Source: Felis catus (taxonomy: Eukaryota). From it: 64,000 nt of DNA. The notes under the pieces are model-generated. The model did no database searches and was not told the origin of the DNA. It saw only the letters and a program-made list of their open reading frames with translations. The stretch spans positions 86,616,001 through 86,680,000 of the forward strand of contig NC_058368.1 of assembly GCF_018350175.1 (NCBI RefSeq). The letters are read 5' to 3'. Positions 49,263 through 61,164 of the stretch are shown here, one piece after another; within the stretch, counting starts at the first letter, position 1; each line of letters begins with the position of its first letter. The position numbers and the translations under genes are program-made.

Positions 49263-51334
49263 AAGTGTCTTTGGCTTTTCACTACACCAATTCTGTTTTG
49301 TTAAATTTACATAACTGTTTTTTTTTTTGCAATTTTAAAAAGCATTGCAATTTTATGTCATATATATTTATTTTATATTGACCTTTATCCTGGTGCCTTG
49401 CTGAACTTACTTCTTAGTTTATTTGTAGGTTGTTTTGGGATTTTTTCCAACTTTTATTTAATTTCTAATTATTTAACATAGTGTAATATTGGTTAAAGGA
49501 GTAGAATTTAGTGATTAACACTCACATATGAACCCACCTCCCACCCACTTACCTCCATCAACTCTCAGCTGTTCTCTATGGTTGAGTCTAGTACAGTTTC
49601 CTTCCTTTCTTTTTTTTTCCCCTTCCCATATCCTCATCTGTTTGCTTCTTAAATTCCACATATAAGGGAAATCATTATTTGTCTTTCACTGACAAACTTA
49701 TTTCACCGAACATAATGTACTCTAGCTCTATCTACATCATTACAAATGGCAAGATTTCATTCTTTTTGATTACCCAGTAATATTCCTTATTTATATAATA
49801 TATTCTATAACTTCTTTATCCATTAATTACTCGATGGACCTTTGGGGTCTTTCTATTGTTTGCCTATTGTTGATAATGCTTTCATAAACATTGGGGTGCA
49901 TGTACCCCTTTGAATCTATATTTTTGTACACTCTTTGTAAATACCTACTAGTGCAACTGCTGAGTCATAGGTCATTTCTATTTTTGAATTTTGAAGAACC
50001 TCCATACTGTTTACCAGAGTGGCTGCACCAGTTTGCATTCCCACCAGCAGTGCAAAAGGGTTCCCGTTTTCTGCATCCTCAACAACCTCTGCTATTTTCT
50101 CTGTTGTTAATTTTAGCCATTCTGACAGTTGTGAGGTGGTATCTCATTGTAGTTTTGATTTGTATTTCCTTAATGATGAGTGATGTTGAGCATATTTCAT
50201 GTGTCAGCCATCTGGATGTCTTCTTTGGAAAATGTCTATTCGGGTGTTCTCCCCATTTCTTAACTGGGTTGTTTGATTTTTAGATATTGAACTTAAGTTT
50301 TTTATAGATTTTGGATACTAACCCTTTATCCATATGTCATTTGCTAGTATCTTCTCCCATTCGATACATTCCCTTTTAGTTTTCTTGATTGTTTCCTTCA
50401 ATATGCAGGAGATTTTTATCTTGATGAGGGCCCCAATAGTTCATTTTTGTTTTTGTTTCCCTTCCTTCCAGAGATGTGTCCAGTAAAAAGCTGCTGTGAT
50501 CAATGTCAAAGTGATTGCTGCCTGCATTCTCCCCCAGAGTTTTGATGTTTTCTTGTTTCACATTTAGATCTTTCATTCATTTTGAAATTATTTTTGTGTA
50601 TGGTGTAAAAAAGTGGTCCAGATTCATTGTTCTGCATGCCACAGTCCAGTTTTCCAAACACATTTTGTTGAAGGGACTTTTTTCCATTAGATATTCTTTC
50701 CTGCTTTGTCAAAGATGTGTTGATTATATCTGTGAGAAGGTTTGTAACACTTTGTATTTCCCTCTTATACTGCTTTTGCTTTGTTCCAAATATTTTTGAC
50801 AATTATATTTATATTTTATTTATCTTCATGTATGTTTTGATATTTTGTTTAATTTCTTCATTGATCCAATGATTATTTGGTAGCATATTATTATTTAACT
50901 TCCACGTTTGTTTCTGTTTTTTTTTTTTTATTCTGATTTGTTTTATATTGTTTTGGTCAGAAAATATGCATGGTATTATTTCAATTATGTTAAATTTATT
51001 AAAATTTGTTTTGTTGTCTAGTGTGATCTATTCTGGAGAATATTCTGTGTACATATGAAAAGAACATGCATTCTATAGTTTTTGGATGGAACTTTGTGTA
51101 TATATCTGTAGTGTCCATTGGGGCTAATGTCTCATTCAAAGACACTGTTTCCTTATTGATTTTCTGCTTGGATGATTTATGCATTGTTGCAAGGGTGGTT
51201 TTAAGTTCCTTAATTTATTGTGTTACCATCAATTTCTCACTTTATGTATGTTAGTATTTTCTTTATGTAATTAGGTGCTTCACTATTGGGAGCATAAATA
51301 TTTATAATTGTTAAATATTCTTGTTGGATTTGTT

Positions 51335-51593
51335 TATTTTTTTTATTTTTTTTATTTTTTATTTTTTATTTTTAAAAAAAATTTTTTTTTCAACGTTTAT
51401 TTATTTTTGGGACAGAGAGAGACAGAGCATGAACGGGGGAGGGGCAGAGAGAGAGGGAGACACAGAATCGGAAACAGGCTCCAGGCTCTGAGCCATCAGC
51501 CCAGAGCCTGACGCGGGGCTCGAACTCACGGACCGCGAGATCGTGACCTGGCTGAAGTCAGACGCTTAACCGACTGCGCCGCCCAGGCGCCCC
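51335..51593 (-). mobile_element. Young cat-type SINE (SINEC_Fc-like)
   Basis: Near-consensus ggcgcagtcggttaagcgtc.gacttcagccaggtcacgatctcgcggtccgtgagttcgag (minus strand); tail aataaacgttgaaaaa; TSD ttggatttgtt. Confidence 0.96.
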
Positions 51594-51661
51594 TTTTTGG
51601 ATTTGTTGATTTATCATTATGTAATGGCACTTTTAGTCTCTTGTTACAGTATTTCTTTTAA

Positions 51662-51878
51662 TTTTTTTTTTAAGGAAGGTTTATTCATTTCTTGGAGACA
51701 GAGAGAGACAGAGCATTGGGGTTGAGAGTGGCAGAGAGAGAGGGAGACACAGAATCCAAAGCAGGCTCCAGGCTCTGAGCTGTCAGCACAGAAGCTGACA
51801 CAGGGCTGAAACTCCCAAACCTTGAGATCATGACCTGAGCTGAAGTCGGACGCTCAATAGACTAAGCCACCCAGACAC
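51662..51878 (-). mobile_element. CAN-SINE
   Basis: TSD ttacagtat(t/g)tcttttaa; tgaagtcggacgctcaatagactaagccacccag. Confidence 0.93.
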
Positions 51879-53141
51879 TCTTACAGTATGTCTTTTAACA
51901 ATTATTTTTTCTGATATAATTATTACTTCTCCAATTTTTTTCCTGTCTATGTGGTAAATGTTCTTCCCCATCTTCTCTTTCAGTATGTATGTGTCTTTAG
52001 CTGTGAAGCTAGTCTTGTAGGAAGCATTTAGATTGGTTGTGCTTTTTATCCATTTCACTGTATATGTTTTTTTTTTTTTTTGCAGAATTTAGGCTATTAA
52101 CATTCAAAATAATTATTAAGTACATACTTGTTTTTTTAATTGTTTTCTGGTTGTTTTGTAGTTTTCTGTTCCTTTTTTCTTGTCTTGTTCTCTTTTTTTG
52201 TAATTGATGCATTTCTACAGTGTTATGTTTGGGTTTTAAAATCTTTATTTTATATATATCTATTATAGATTTTATATTTTAGGTTACCACGTTTATATAT
52301 AACATGCTTATGTCCACCTTAAGAGGTCTACATTAAATTGGCAGACATATACGTTCAAACACATTACTTAAAATCTTCTTTTTATAACTCTTTCTTCCAC
52401 ACCTTATGTATATATGGTGTCATAGTTTACATCTAATTATAACTTCCTCCTTTCCACTTGAAGAAATCTGTTTAACATTTCTTATAAGTCTGGTGTAGTG
52501 ATGATAAGGTATTTTAACTTTTGTTTGGGAAAACCTTTATCTCTTCTTGAATTCTGAATTATAATCTTCAAGTAAAAGTATTGCTTGTAGTTTTTGTTTG
52601 CTTGTTTTCCTTTCATTACTGACATGCTACTGCACTTGGGCCTGCAAAGTTTCTGCTAAAAAATCAGCATATTGCCTCCTTGTTTTTTTTTTTTTTTTTC
52701 TGGGGATCTCTGTGTGCCCTTGATCTGGATATATGTTTCCTTCCAAAGCATAGGGAAGTTTTAAGCTATCGTTTCTGCAGATAATGTTTCTGCCCCATTT
52801 TCTCTTTACCTATTCTGGGATCCATATAATGAAAATATTATTATGCTTGATGGAGTCACTGAATTCCCAAAATCTATTTTCCTTTGCATATTTCTTCTCT
52901 CATTTATTTGGCTTCATTATTCTGCATTATACTGACATTTATTTCCCTGATACAATCCTTTGCTACTTTCAGCCTCTGACTTATTCCATCAAATATATTC
53001 TTAATTTCATTTACTGCGTTCTTCATCTCTGATTTTTTTTTTATTTATGTGTTAAGGAATTCAATGATGTCCTCCACTGTTTCCTCAAGTCATTGAGTAT
53101 TTTTATGATCTTTATTTTATTTATTTTCTTTACTTTTTTTT

Positions 53142-53379
53142 ATTATTTTTTTTATTTTTTTTTAAATTTTTATTTTCAACGTTTATTTATTTTTGGGACA
53201 GAGAGAGACAGAGCATGAACGGGGGAGGGGCAGAGAGAGAGGGAGACACAGAATCGGAAACAGGCTCCAGGCTCTGAGCCATCAGCCCAGAGCCTGACGC
53301 GGGGCTTGAACTCAGGGACCGCGAGATCGTGACCTGGCTGAAGTCAGACGCTTAACCGACTGCGCCACCCAGGCGCCCC
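53142..53379 (-). mobile_element. Young cat-type SINE inserted in the L1 poly(A) tail
   Basis: Near-consensus copy; flanked by acttttttt on both sides (53132, 53381). Confidence 0.95.
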
Positions 53380-53737
53380 GACTTTTTTTTTAAAACTTAC
53401 ATCCAAATTAGTTAGCATATAGTGCAACAATGATGTCAGGAGTAGATTCCTTAGTGGCCCTTACCATTTAGTTCATTCCCCCTCCCACATCCCCTCCAGT
53501 AACCTTCTGTTTGTTCTCCATATTTATGGTTCTCTTATGTTTTATCCCCCTCCCTGTTTTTATACTATTTTTGTTTCCCTTCCCTTATGTTCATATGTTT
53601 TATCTCTTAAAGCCCTCATATGAGTGAGGTCAAATGACATTTGTCTTTCTCTGACTGACTAATTTCACTTTGCATAATACCCTTCAGTTCCATCCATGTT
53701 GCAAATGGCAAGATTTCAATACTTTTGATTGCCGAGC

Positions 53738-53774
<37 letters not shown>

Positions 53775-53890
53775 GTATATTTATATATATATTTATATAA
53801 TATATATACTCCATATATATATATATACTCCATGTATATATATATAATACAAATATATTATATATATATACTCCATTATATACACACACA
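53738..53890. repeat. TA-rich microsatellite expansion in L1 3' region
   Basis: (ta)n with repeated tatatactccat units. Confidence 0.9.
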
Positions 53891-56800
53891 TTATATACTT
53901 CTTTATCCATTCATCCATTGATGGACATTTCAGCTCTTTCCATACTTTGGCTATTGTTGATAGTGCTGCTATAAACATTGGGGTGCATATGTCCCTTCAA
54001 AACAGCACAATTGTATCCCTTGGGTAAATACCTAGTAGTGCAATGCTGGGTCGTAAGGCAGTTCTATGTGTAGTCTTTTGAGAAACCTCCATACTGTTTT
54101 CCAGAGTGACTGCACCAGCTTGCATTTCCATCAAAAATGCAAAGGAGTTCCTCTTTCTCTGCATCCTCGCCAATATCTGTGTTGCCTGAGTTGTTAATGT
54201 TAGCCATTCTAACAGGTGTAAGGTGGTACCTCATTGTGGTTTTGATTTGTATTTCCCTGATGATGAGTGATCTGGCGCATTTTTCATGTGTTGGTTGGCC
54301 ATATGGATGTCTTCTTTGGAGAAGTGTCTATTCATGTATTTTGCCCATTTCTTCACTGGATGATTTGTTTTTTAGCTGTTGAGTTTAGTATGTTCTTTAT
54401 AGATTTTGGACATTAACCCTTTATCTGATATGTCGTTTGCAAATATCTTCTCCCATTCTGTCGGTTGCCTGTTGTTTTGCTGATTGTTTCCTTCACTGTG
54501 CAGAAGCTTTTTATTTTGATGAGGTCCCAGTAGTTCATTTTTGCTTTTGTTTCCCTTGCTTCCAGAGACATATTGAGTAAGAAGTTGCTGTGGCCAAGAT
54601 CAAAGAGGTTTTTGCCTGCTTTTTCCTCGAGGATTTTGATGGCTTCCAGTCTTACAATGAGGTCTTTCATCCATTTTGAGTTTATTTTTGTGTATGGTGC
54701 AAGACAGTGGTCCAGGTTCCTTCTTCTGCAAGTCGCTGTCCAGTTTTCCCAGCACCCCTTGCTGAAGACACTGTCTTTATTCCATTGGATATTCTTTCCT
54801 GCTTTGTCAAAGAGTACCTGCCCATACATTTGTGGGACGTTTATGGGTTCTCTCTTTTGTTTCTTTGATCTGAGTGTCTGTTCTTGTGCCAGTACCATAT
54901 TGTCTTGATGATTACAACTTTGTAGTTTAGCTTGAAATCTGGGATTGTGATGCCTTCTGCTTTGGTTTTCTTTTTCAAAATTGCTGTGGCTATTTGGCAT
55001 TTCTGGTTCCATACAAATTTTAGGATTATTTTTTCTAGTTCTGTGAAGAATGTTAGTGTTATTTTGATAGGGATTAGATTGAATATGTAGATTGCTTTGG
55101 GTAATATAGATATTTTAACAATGTTTGTTCTTCCTATCCAGGAGCAAGGAATGTTTTTCCATTTTCTTGTGTCTTCTCCAATTTCTTTCAAAAGCTTTCT
55201 ATACTTTTCACTGTATAGATTTTTCACCTCTTTGGTTAGATTTATTCCTAGGTATCTTATGGTTTTTGGTGCAATTGCAAATGGGATCAATTCCTTGGTT
55301 TCTATTTCTGTCACTTCTTTGTTGGTGTATATGAATGCAACTGATTTCTGTGTATTGATTTTATATCCTGCAACTTTGCCAAATTCATGAATCAGTTCCA
55401 GAAGTTTTCTCATGGAATCTTTTGTGTTTTCCATATAGAGTATCATGTCTTCTGCTAAGAGTGAAAGTTTGACCTCCTTCTTGCCGATTTGGATGCCTTA
55501 ATTATTTCTTTGTGTTGTCTGACTGCAGAGGCTAAGACTTCAAATACTATGTTGAATAACAGTGGCTAGAGTGGCATTCTTGTCTTCTTCCTGACCGTAG
55601 GGGAAAGATCTCAATTTTTCCCCATTGAGGATTATATTAGCATTGGGTCGTTCATATATGGCTTTTATGATCTCGAGGTATGCTCCTTCTATCCCTACTT
55701 TCTTGAAGGTTTTTATCAAGAAAGGATGCTGCATTTTGTCAAATGCTTTCTCTGCATCTATTGAGAGGATCATATGGTTCTTGTCCTTTTTTTATTGATG
55801 TGAGGAATCACGTGAATTGTTTTGCAGATATTGAACCAGCCCTGCATTGCAGGTGTAAATCCCACTTTGTCGTGGTGAGTAATTTTTTGTTATGTATGGT
55901 TGGATCCAGTTGGCTAATATCTTGTTGAGGATTTTTGCATCCATGTTCATCAAGGAAATTGGTCTATAACTCTCCTTTTTAGTGGGGTCTCTGTCTAGTT
56001 TTGGAATCAAGGTAATGCTGGCTTCATAGAATGAATTTGGAAGTTTTCCATCCATTTCTATTTTTTGGAACAGCTTCAAGAGAATAGGTGTTAACTCTTC
56101 TTTAAATCTTTGGGAGAATTCCCCTGGAAAGCCATCTGGCCATGTGTTCCTCTTTTTTGGGAGATTTTTTATTACAAATTTGATTTCCTTACTGGTTATG
56201 GGTCTGTTCCAATTTTCTATTTCTTCCTGTTTCAGTTTTGGTAGTGTATATGTTTCTAGGAATTTGTCCATTTCTTCCAGACTGCCCATTTTATTGACAT
56301 ATAATTGCTCATAATATTCTCTTATTATTGTTTTTATTTCTCTGTGTTGGTTGTGATGTCTCCTCTTCCCTTCTTGATTTTATTTATATGGGTTCTTTCC
56401 GTTTTCTTTTTGATCAAACTGGCTAGTGGTTTATAAATTTGGAAATTCTTTCAAAGAACCAGCTTCTGGTTTCATTGATCTCTTCTATTTTTTTTTTTTT
56501 TTTTTTTTTTGGTTTCAAGACTATTGATGTCTGCTCTAATCTTTATTATTTCCTAACTTCTAATTTTGGGTTTTATTTGTGCTTCTTATTCCAGCTCTTT
56601 AACGTGTAAGGTTAGGTTATGCATCTGAGATTTTTCTTCCTTCTTTATGAAGGCCTGGATTGATATGTACTTTCCTCTTATGACCCCCTTTGCTGCGTCC
56701 ACGAGATTTTGGGTTGTGGTGTTATCATTTTCATGGGCTTCCACATAGTTTTTAATTTCCTTTTTAACTTCTTGGTTAGTGCTTCATTCTTTAGTAGGAT

Positions 56801-57615
56801 GTCTTTCAACCTCCAAGTATTTTTTACCTTTCCAAATTTCTCTTGTGGTTGATTTAGAGTTTCAAAGCATTGTGTTCTAAAAATATGCACGGTATGAAAT
56901 CGATCTTTCTGTACTTGCTGAGGGCTGATTTGTGTCCCAGTATGTGGTCTATTCTGGAGAATGTTCCATGTGCACTGGAGAAGAATGTATATTCTGTTGC
57001 TTCAGGATGAAAGGTTCTGAATATAACTGTTAAGTTCTTCTGGCCCAGTGTGTCACTCAAAGCCATTGTTTCCTTGTTGATTTTTTTGATTAGATTATAT
57101 GTCCATTGCTGTGAGTGGGGTGTTGAAGTCTCCTACTATTGTGGTATTTCTATTGATGAGTTTCTTTATGTTTGTGATTAATTGATTTATATATTTGGGT
57201 GCTGCCACATTTGCCACACAAATGTTTACAATTGTTAGGTCTTGGTGGATAGACCCCTTGATTATGATATAATGCCTTCTGCATCTCTTGATACAGTCTT
57301 TATTTTAAAGTCTAAATTGTCTACGTATGGCTACTTCGGCTTTGTTTTGTTGACCAATAGCATGATGGATGGTTCTCCATCCCCTTATTTTCAATCTGAA
57401 GGTGTCTTTAAATCTAAAGTGTGTCTCTTGTCAACAGCATATAGCTGGATCTTGTTTTCTTATCCATTCTGTTACCCTATGTCTTTTGATTGGAGCATTG
57501 ACTCCACTGACATTTAGAGTGAGTACTAAAAGAAATGAATTTATTGCCATTATGTTGCTTATAGAGTTGGAGTTCCTGGTGTTCTCTGATCCTTTCTAAT
57601 CTTTGTTGCTTTTGG

Positions 57616-57646
<31 letters not shown>

Positions 57647-59119
57647 GTGTTCTCCCCTCAGAGAGTCCCCTTTAAAATATCTTGCAAGGCTGGTTTAGTG
57701 GTCACAAACACCTTTAATTTTTGTTTTTCTGGGAAACTTTTTATCTCTCCTTCTATTTTGAATGACAGCCTTACTGGATAAAGAATTCTTGGCTGCAAAA
57801 CTTTACGATTCAGCGCTTTGAATATATCCAACCAATCCTTTCTGGTCTGTCAAGTTTCTGTGGATAGGTGTGCTGCAAACCTGATCTGTCATCCCTTGTA
57901 GTTTAAGGACGTTTTTCCCTTGCTGTTTCCATGATTCTCTCCTTGCCTGAGTATTTTGTGTATTTGTCTCTGATATACCTTGTTGATGGTCGGTTTTTGT
58001 TGAATCTGATGGGAGTCCTCTGTGCTTCCTGGATTTTGATATCTGTGTCTTTCCCCAGGTTAGGAAAGTTTTCTGCTTTGATTTGCTCACATAACATTTC
58101 TACCCCCATTTCTCTCTCTTCCTCTTCTGGGCCCCTATGATTCTGATGTTGTTCCTTTTTAATGTGTCACTGATTTCTATAATTCTTAAATCGTGCTCTT
58201 TTGCCTTAATCTCCCTCTTTTTTTTCTGCTTCGTTATCCTCTATAAGTTTGTCCTCTATATCGCTGTATCTCTGTTCTGCCTCATCCAGCCTTGTCGCTG
58301 CAGCATCCACTTGTGATTGCAGCTCAGTTAGAGCATTTTTTTTAATCCTGACTAGTTTTTACTTCTTTTATCTCCATAGAAAGGGATTCTAATTTATTTT
58401 TGATTCCAGTCAGTATTCTTATTATTGTGATTCTAAATTATGGTTCAGACATATTTAGCATCTGTGTTAAGTTCCTGGGTGTCATGTCTTCCTTCTCTTT
58501 CTTTTGGGGTGAATTCCTTTGATTCGTCATTTTTAAGGGAGAAAAGGAATTAATGAGGTAGAAAAAATTAAAATTAAAAAATATTAAAATTAAAAAATTA
58601 AACACACACACACACAAAAAATTGAATAAATGATGCTAGACCCTGGGTGTGTTATGGTCAGCGTTTTGAAAGTGGCTTGAAAGATTTGAGAAAAAAGGGG
58701 GGGGGGAGAAAAAAAGGAAATTGTTTGAAAATTTGTAAAAATGAATACACTGAAGTAGTCTAAAATGAAATGATGGAAGTAAAATAGAATTTGAAAAAAA
58801 TTACACAAAAGTAAAGAATATAGTAAAAAGTAAAGAAAAATATTTCAATAAAATTAAAAATAAGATGATTTTTTTCACTTTCTGTATTCAAGGAAAAGAA
58901 AAGAAATGAAAATAGAAAAAAAAGTAAAAAACCAAACAATGAAATTGAAAAGGTGGACCTGCAAACAGAGTGAAATATGACTTAAATTACTTCGTATTAC
59001 CCTAGAAGTCAGACTATGAAGCGCTTTATTGTCCATAAACTTATTAGGCCTTGAGACTTCTGTTTATGAAGAGTGATGTTGGCCCAGTTGGGCGGGGCTT
59101 AATGTAAGGGCTCTGTTTT

Positions 59120-59135
59120 CCACTAGATGGCGCTG
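59120..59135 (+). promoter_or_regulatory. CTCF-like motif in L1 5'UTR, next to a GC box
   Basis: ccactagatggcgctg; gggcggggc at 59090-59098; binding not shown. Confidence 0.6.
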
Positions 59136-60242
59136 CTAACCTACTGGGATGGATTGTTGTGGCACTAGTAGGTGTATATAAGCATGTGAAGGAGCCGTGA
59201 GAATGGTGTCACACAGTTACCTAATCTCTACTATCAGAACTCTGTTCTCCCCGATCAGCATTCACACACCCGTCTTTTGTCTTCAGCTTTTGTCCACTCC
59301 CCGCTTTTACACTGTCCATGACCAAGCCCCAAGTAGTACCTCTCCCCTGAGTTTTGTCTCAGATGTGGCTACCTTCCCCAGCCCTCCACTTCTGAGGGTC
59401 TGCAGCTTTGACACGTTCCACCTCTGCAGAGGGTCTCACTGAGCAAAGGTTGAATCCTGGCTGCATCCAGGAAAGTTCATGGGACCATGCTGCTGCTGAT
59501 GCCCAGAGACTGCAGCCTGGTTCCAGCCCGCCCCAGAAAAAGTTTACAAGATGTTGTAGCAGCAGTGTTTCAGGGATTATGGAAAATCACAACACTCATG
59601 TGGCACCAGGCTTCACCCTTAATGACCTTTTCCTTTTCCAGCAACAACAAATGTAGCTGTTCTCTGGGGTCTAATGGGACCAGGTGGTCTCAGTCTCTAC
59701 CAAATGTCCTTCCAGCAATGGAGCCACTTCTCCCCATGTGGCATGAGAACCTCCTGGATCCCACTCTGTTCCTGGGCATTTGCTCTTCCCACCAGAGCAC
59801 AACCAGGTATGTAGCTGCAGAGGTGGAGACACTGCACTCCCCCTGTTTACAGTCTTAATGGAATTTAAACCCTCTTCTTTCTCCCTTTTTAGTTTAGTCC
59901 CTACAGCTGTTTCTAATTTTCCACTTTATCTCCAGCTGCTTTTGGGGGGGTTGCTTTTGCCACACCCACCCCCCCATCTCCGTTCTATGCATGCAAAAGC
60001 AGCTCCCTGCCTGCTACAGCTTCTCTCTCCCCAAGTTCACCTCTGTGCACTGTGTACCTGCTGAATTCTGTAGTTCAGTTTGTGCAGATTGTTGTGTTAA
60101 TCCTCAGATCAGTTTTCTAGGTGTGCAGGATGGTTCAGTGTTGGTCTGGTTGTATTTCATGGACACAAGACACACAAAAAACTTCCATGCTCTTCTGCCA
60201 TCTTGGCTCCCTTTTATGATATTTATTTTAAATTTTTGATCA

Positions 60243-60930
60243 AGGAGGAGCTAGTAGTGTAGTAGAGGAGGAATCTAGGCTTCCCTCATCCCTTGAACAC
60301 ATCTAGATAAATTTCAAATCATTTTGAATAAAAAAGAAATTTCTGAAGACTGAGAAAATATTGAACAGTTAGACGGCGAGAAGAGGCCACATTTTGGAAG
60401 GTAGGATATGTGGACATGGTTTTGGGGAAAAATACAGATAGATGTTGAAGAGGGGCGAGAGCACTGGTCATAGTGAAAGGTGAGAGAGAGAAACACTCAG
60501 GGGATCCCACAAAGAGAATACTTCCACAGAGCCATTGATGGGGAAGGGGAGAGTGGCTGATTTTTGTGAGATTTGCAACCAGCAGGGTTCAGAGATTGGA
60601 GTTTTTGAGGTCACAAACATGGCTTGTGTAGAATTCTGTGTACTGTGTACTCTGTAGTGTTTCTGTAAAAGCAGGCAGGTAACCCAGGGGCAAATGGTGC
60701 CATCTCAGGATCATCGAAGATGCACTGGGAGAAACTGTTCCCTCGTCTTGGAGTGCAGCTGAAAGATGTATCTTTGCTTCTCCAGGGACAAAAGATCTTG
60801 TTGTTGACATTCCCCTTCCCTTCCCCTAACCATCCTTGCAGAGACACCTGCTGAGGACAGCTAACCCAGACATTGGCTGCTTAGTGTGCATTGTTCCTAA
60901 TTCCATGTTCCTGTGTCTGGTGTGACTGGT
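60243..60930 (+). mobile_element. Older carnivore LINE-1 5'UTR
   Basis: ctaggcttccctcatcccttgaacacatctagataaatttcaaatc; reverse-complement similarity to 21800-22320 and 8100-8450. Confidence 0.8.
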
Positions 60931-61164
60931 GTGACTTATTTTTTTGTCCCATGACACCAACCTGTAGGTATTAACACCCTAAAAGTGCTAACAGTTTTTT
61001 TCCAGTTTTTTTCTGAGTAACAAAAGTGGCATTACACTGTTTGCAGTACATACAATTGGTCAAAAATATTTTGAAAAATATTATAACAACAAATATAAAG
61101 AATTTATAATTTAAGAAAACGTTTTGGATATGAGTTAGGAATAACTTTTTAAAATATATGTCAT

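Larger units (their letters stand above)
47460..49447 (-). mobile_element. Continuation of the ancient L1MC-like ORF2, interrupted by a SINE and an L1 fragment
   Basis: gatgaagtccagtttatcaac...ttgcctatggatgtctaattgcttcatcaccatttgttg; resumes the ORF2 register left at about 36020. Confidence 0.65.
49450..53119 (-). mobile_element. LINE-1 sequence: 3' end/ORF2 end joined at about 50735 to EN, inter-ORF and ORF1 (RT region absent)
   Basis: 3'UTR from 49450; ORF2 remnants 50376-50576; abrupt switch at tatctgtga|gaaggtttgtaac; EN remnant 50999-51184. Confidence 0.8.
53120..60211 (-). mobile_element. Full-length but inactive felid LINE-1 with TSD
   Basis: 5' end gggagccaagatggcagaagagc (60211 downward); ~1.6-kb 5'UTR; ORF1 remnants 57803-58109; ORF2 in frameshifted pieces 54413-57066; TSD ttttatgat(c/a)tttatttta at 53101-53119 and 60212-60230. 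Confidence 0.95.

Noticed and set aside
51335..53379. Two nearly identical SINEs as a local duplication
   Set aside because: Each has its own different TSD and flanks; they are independent young insertions.
3109..53379. tRNA genes
   Set aside because: All tRNA-like A/B-box heads belong to CAN-SINEs with (CT)n and A tails.
22322..59435. 22.3-23.1 kb vs 58.7-59.4 kb as part of the palindrome
   Set aside because: Many substitutions and indels; ordinary paralogous L1 5'UTRs, unlike the near-identical arms.
53120..60211. Retrotransposition-competent L1
   Set aside because: ORF1 and ORF2 are broken into many frameshifted or stopped pieces; the longest is about 200 aa.
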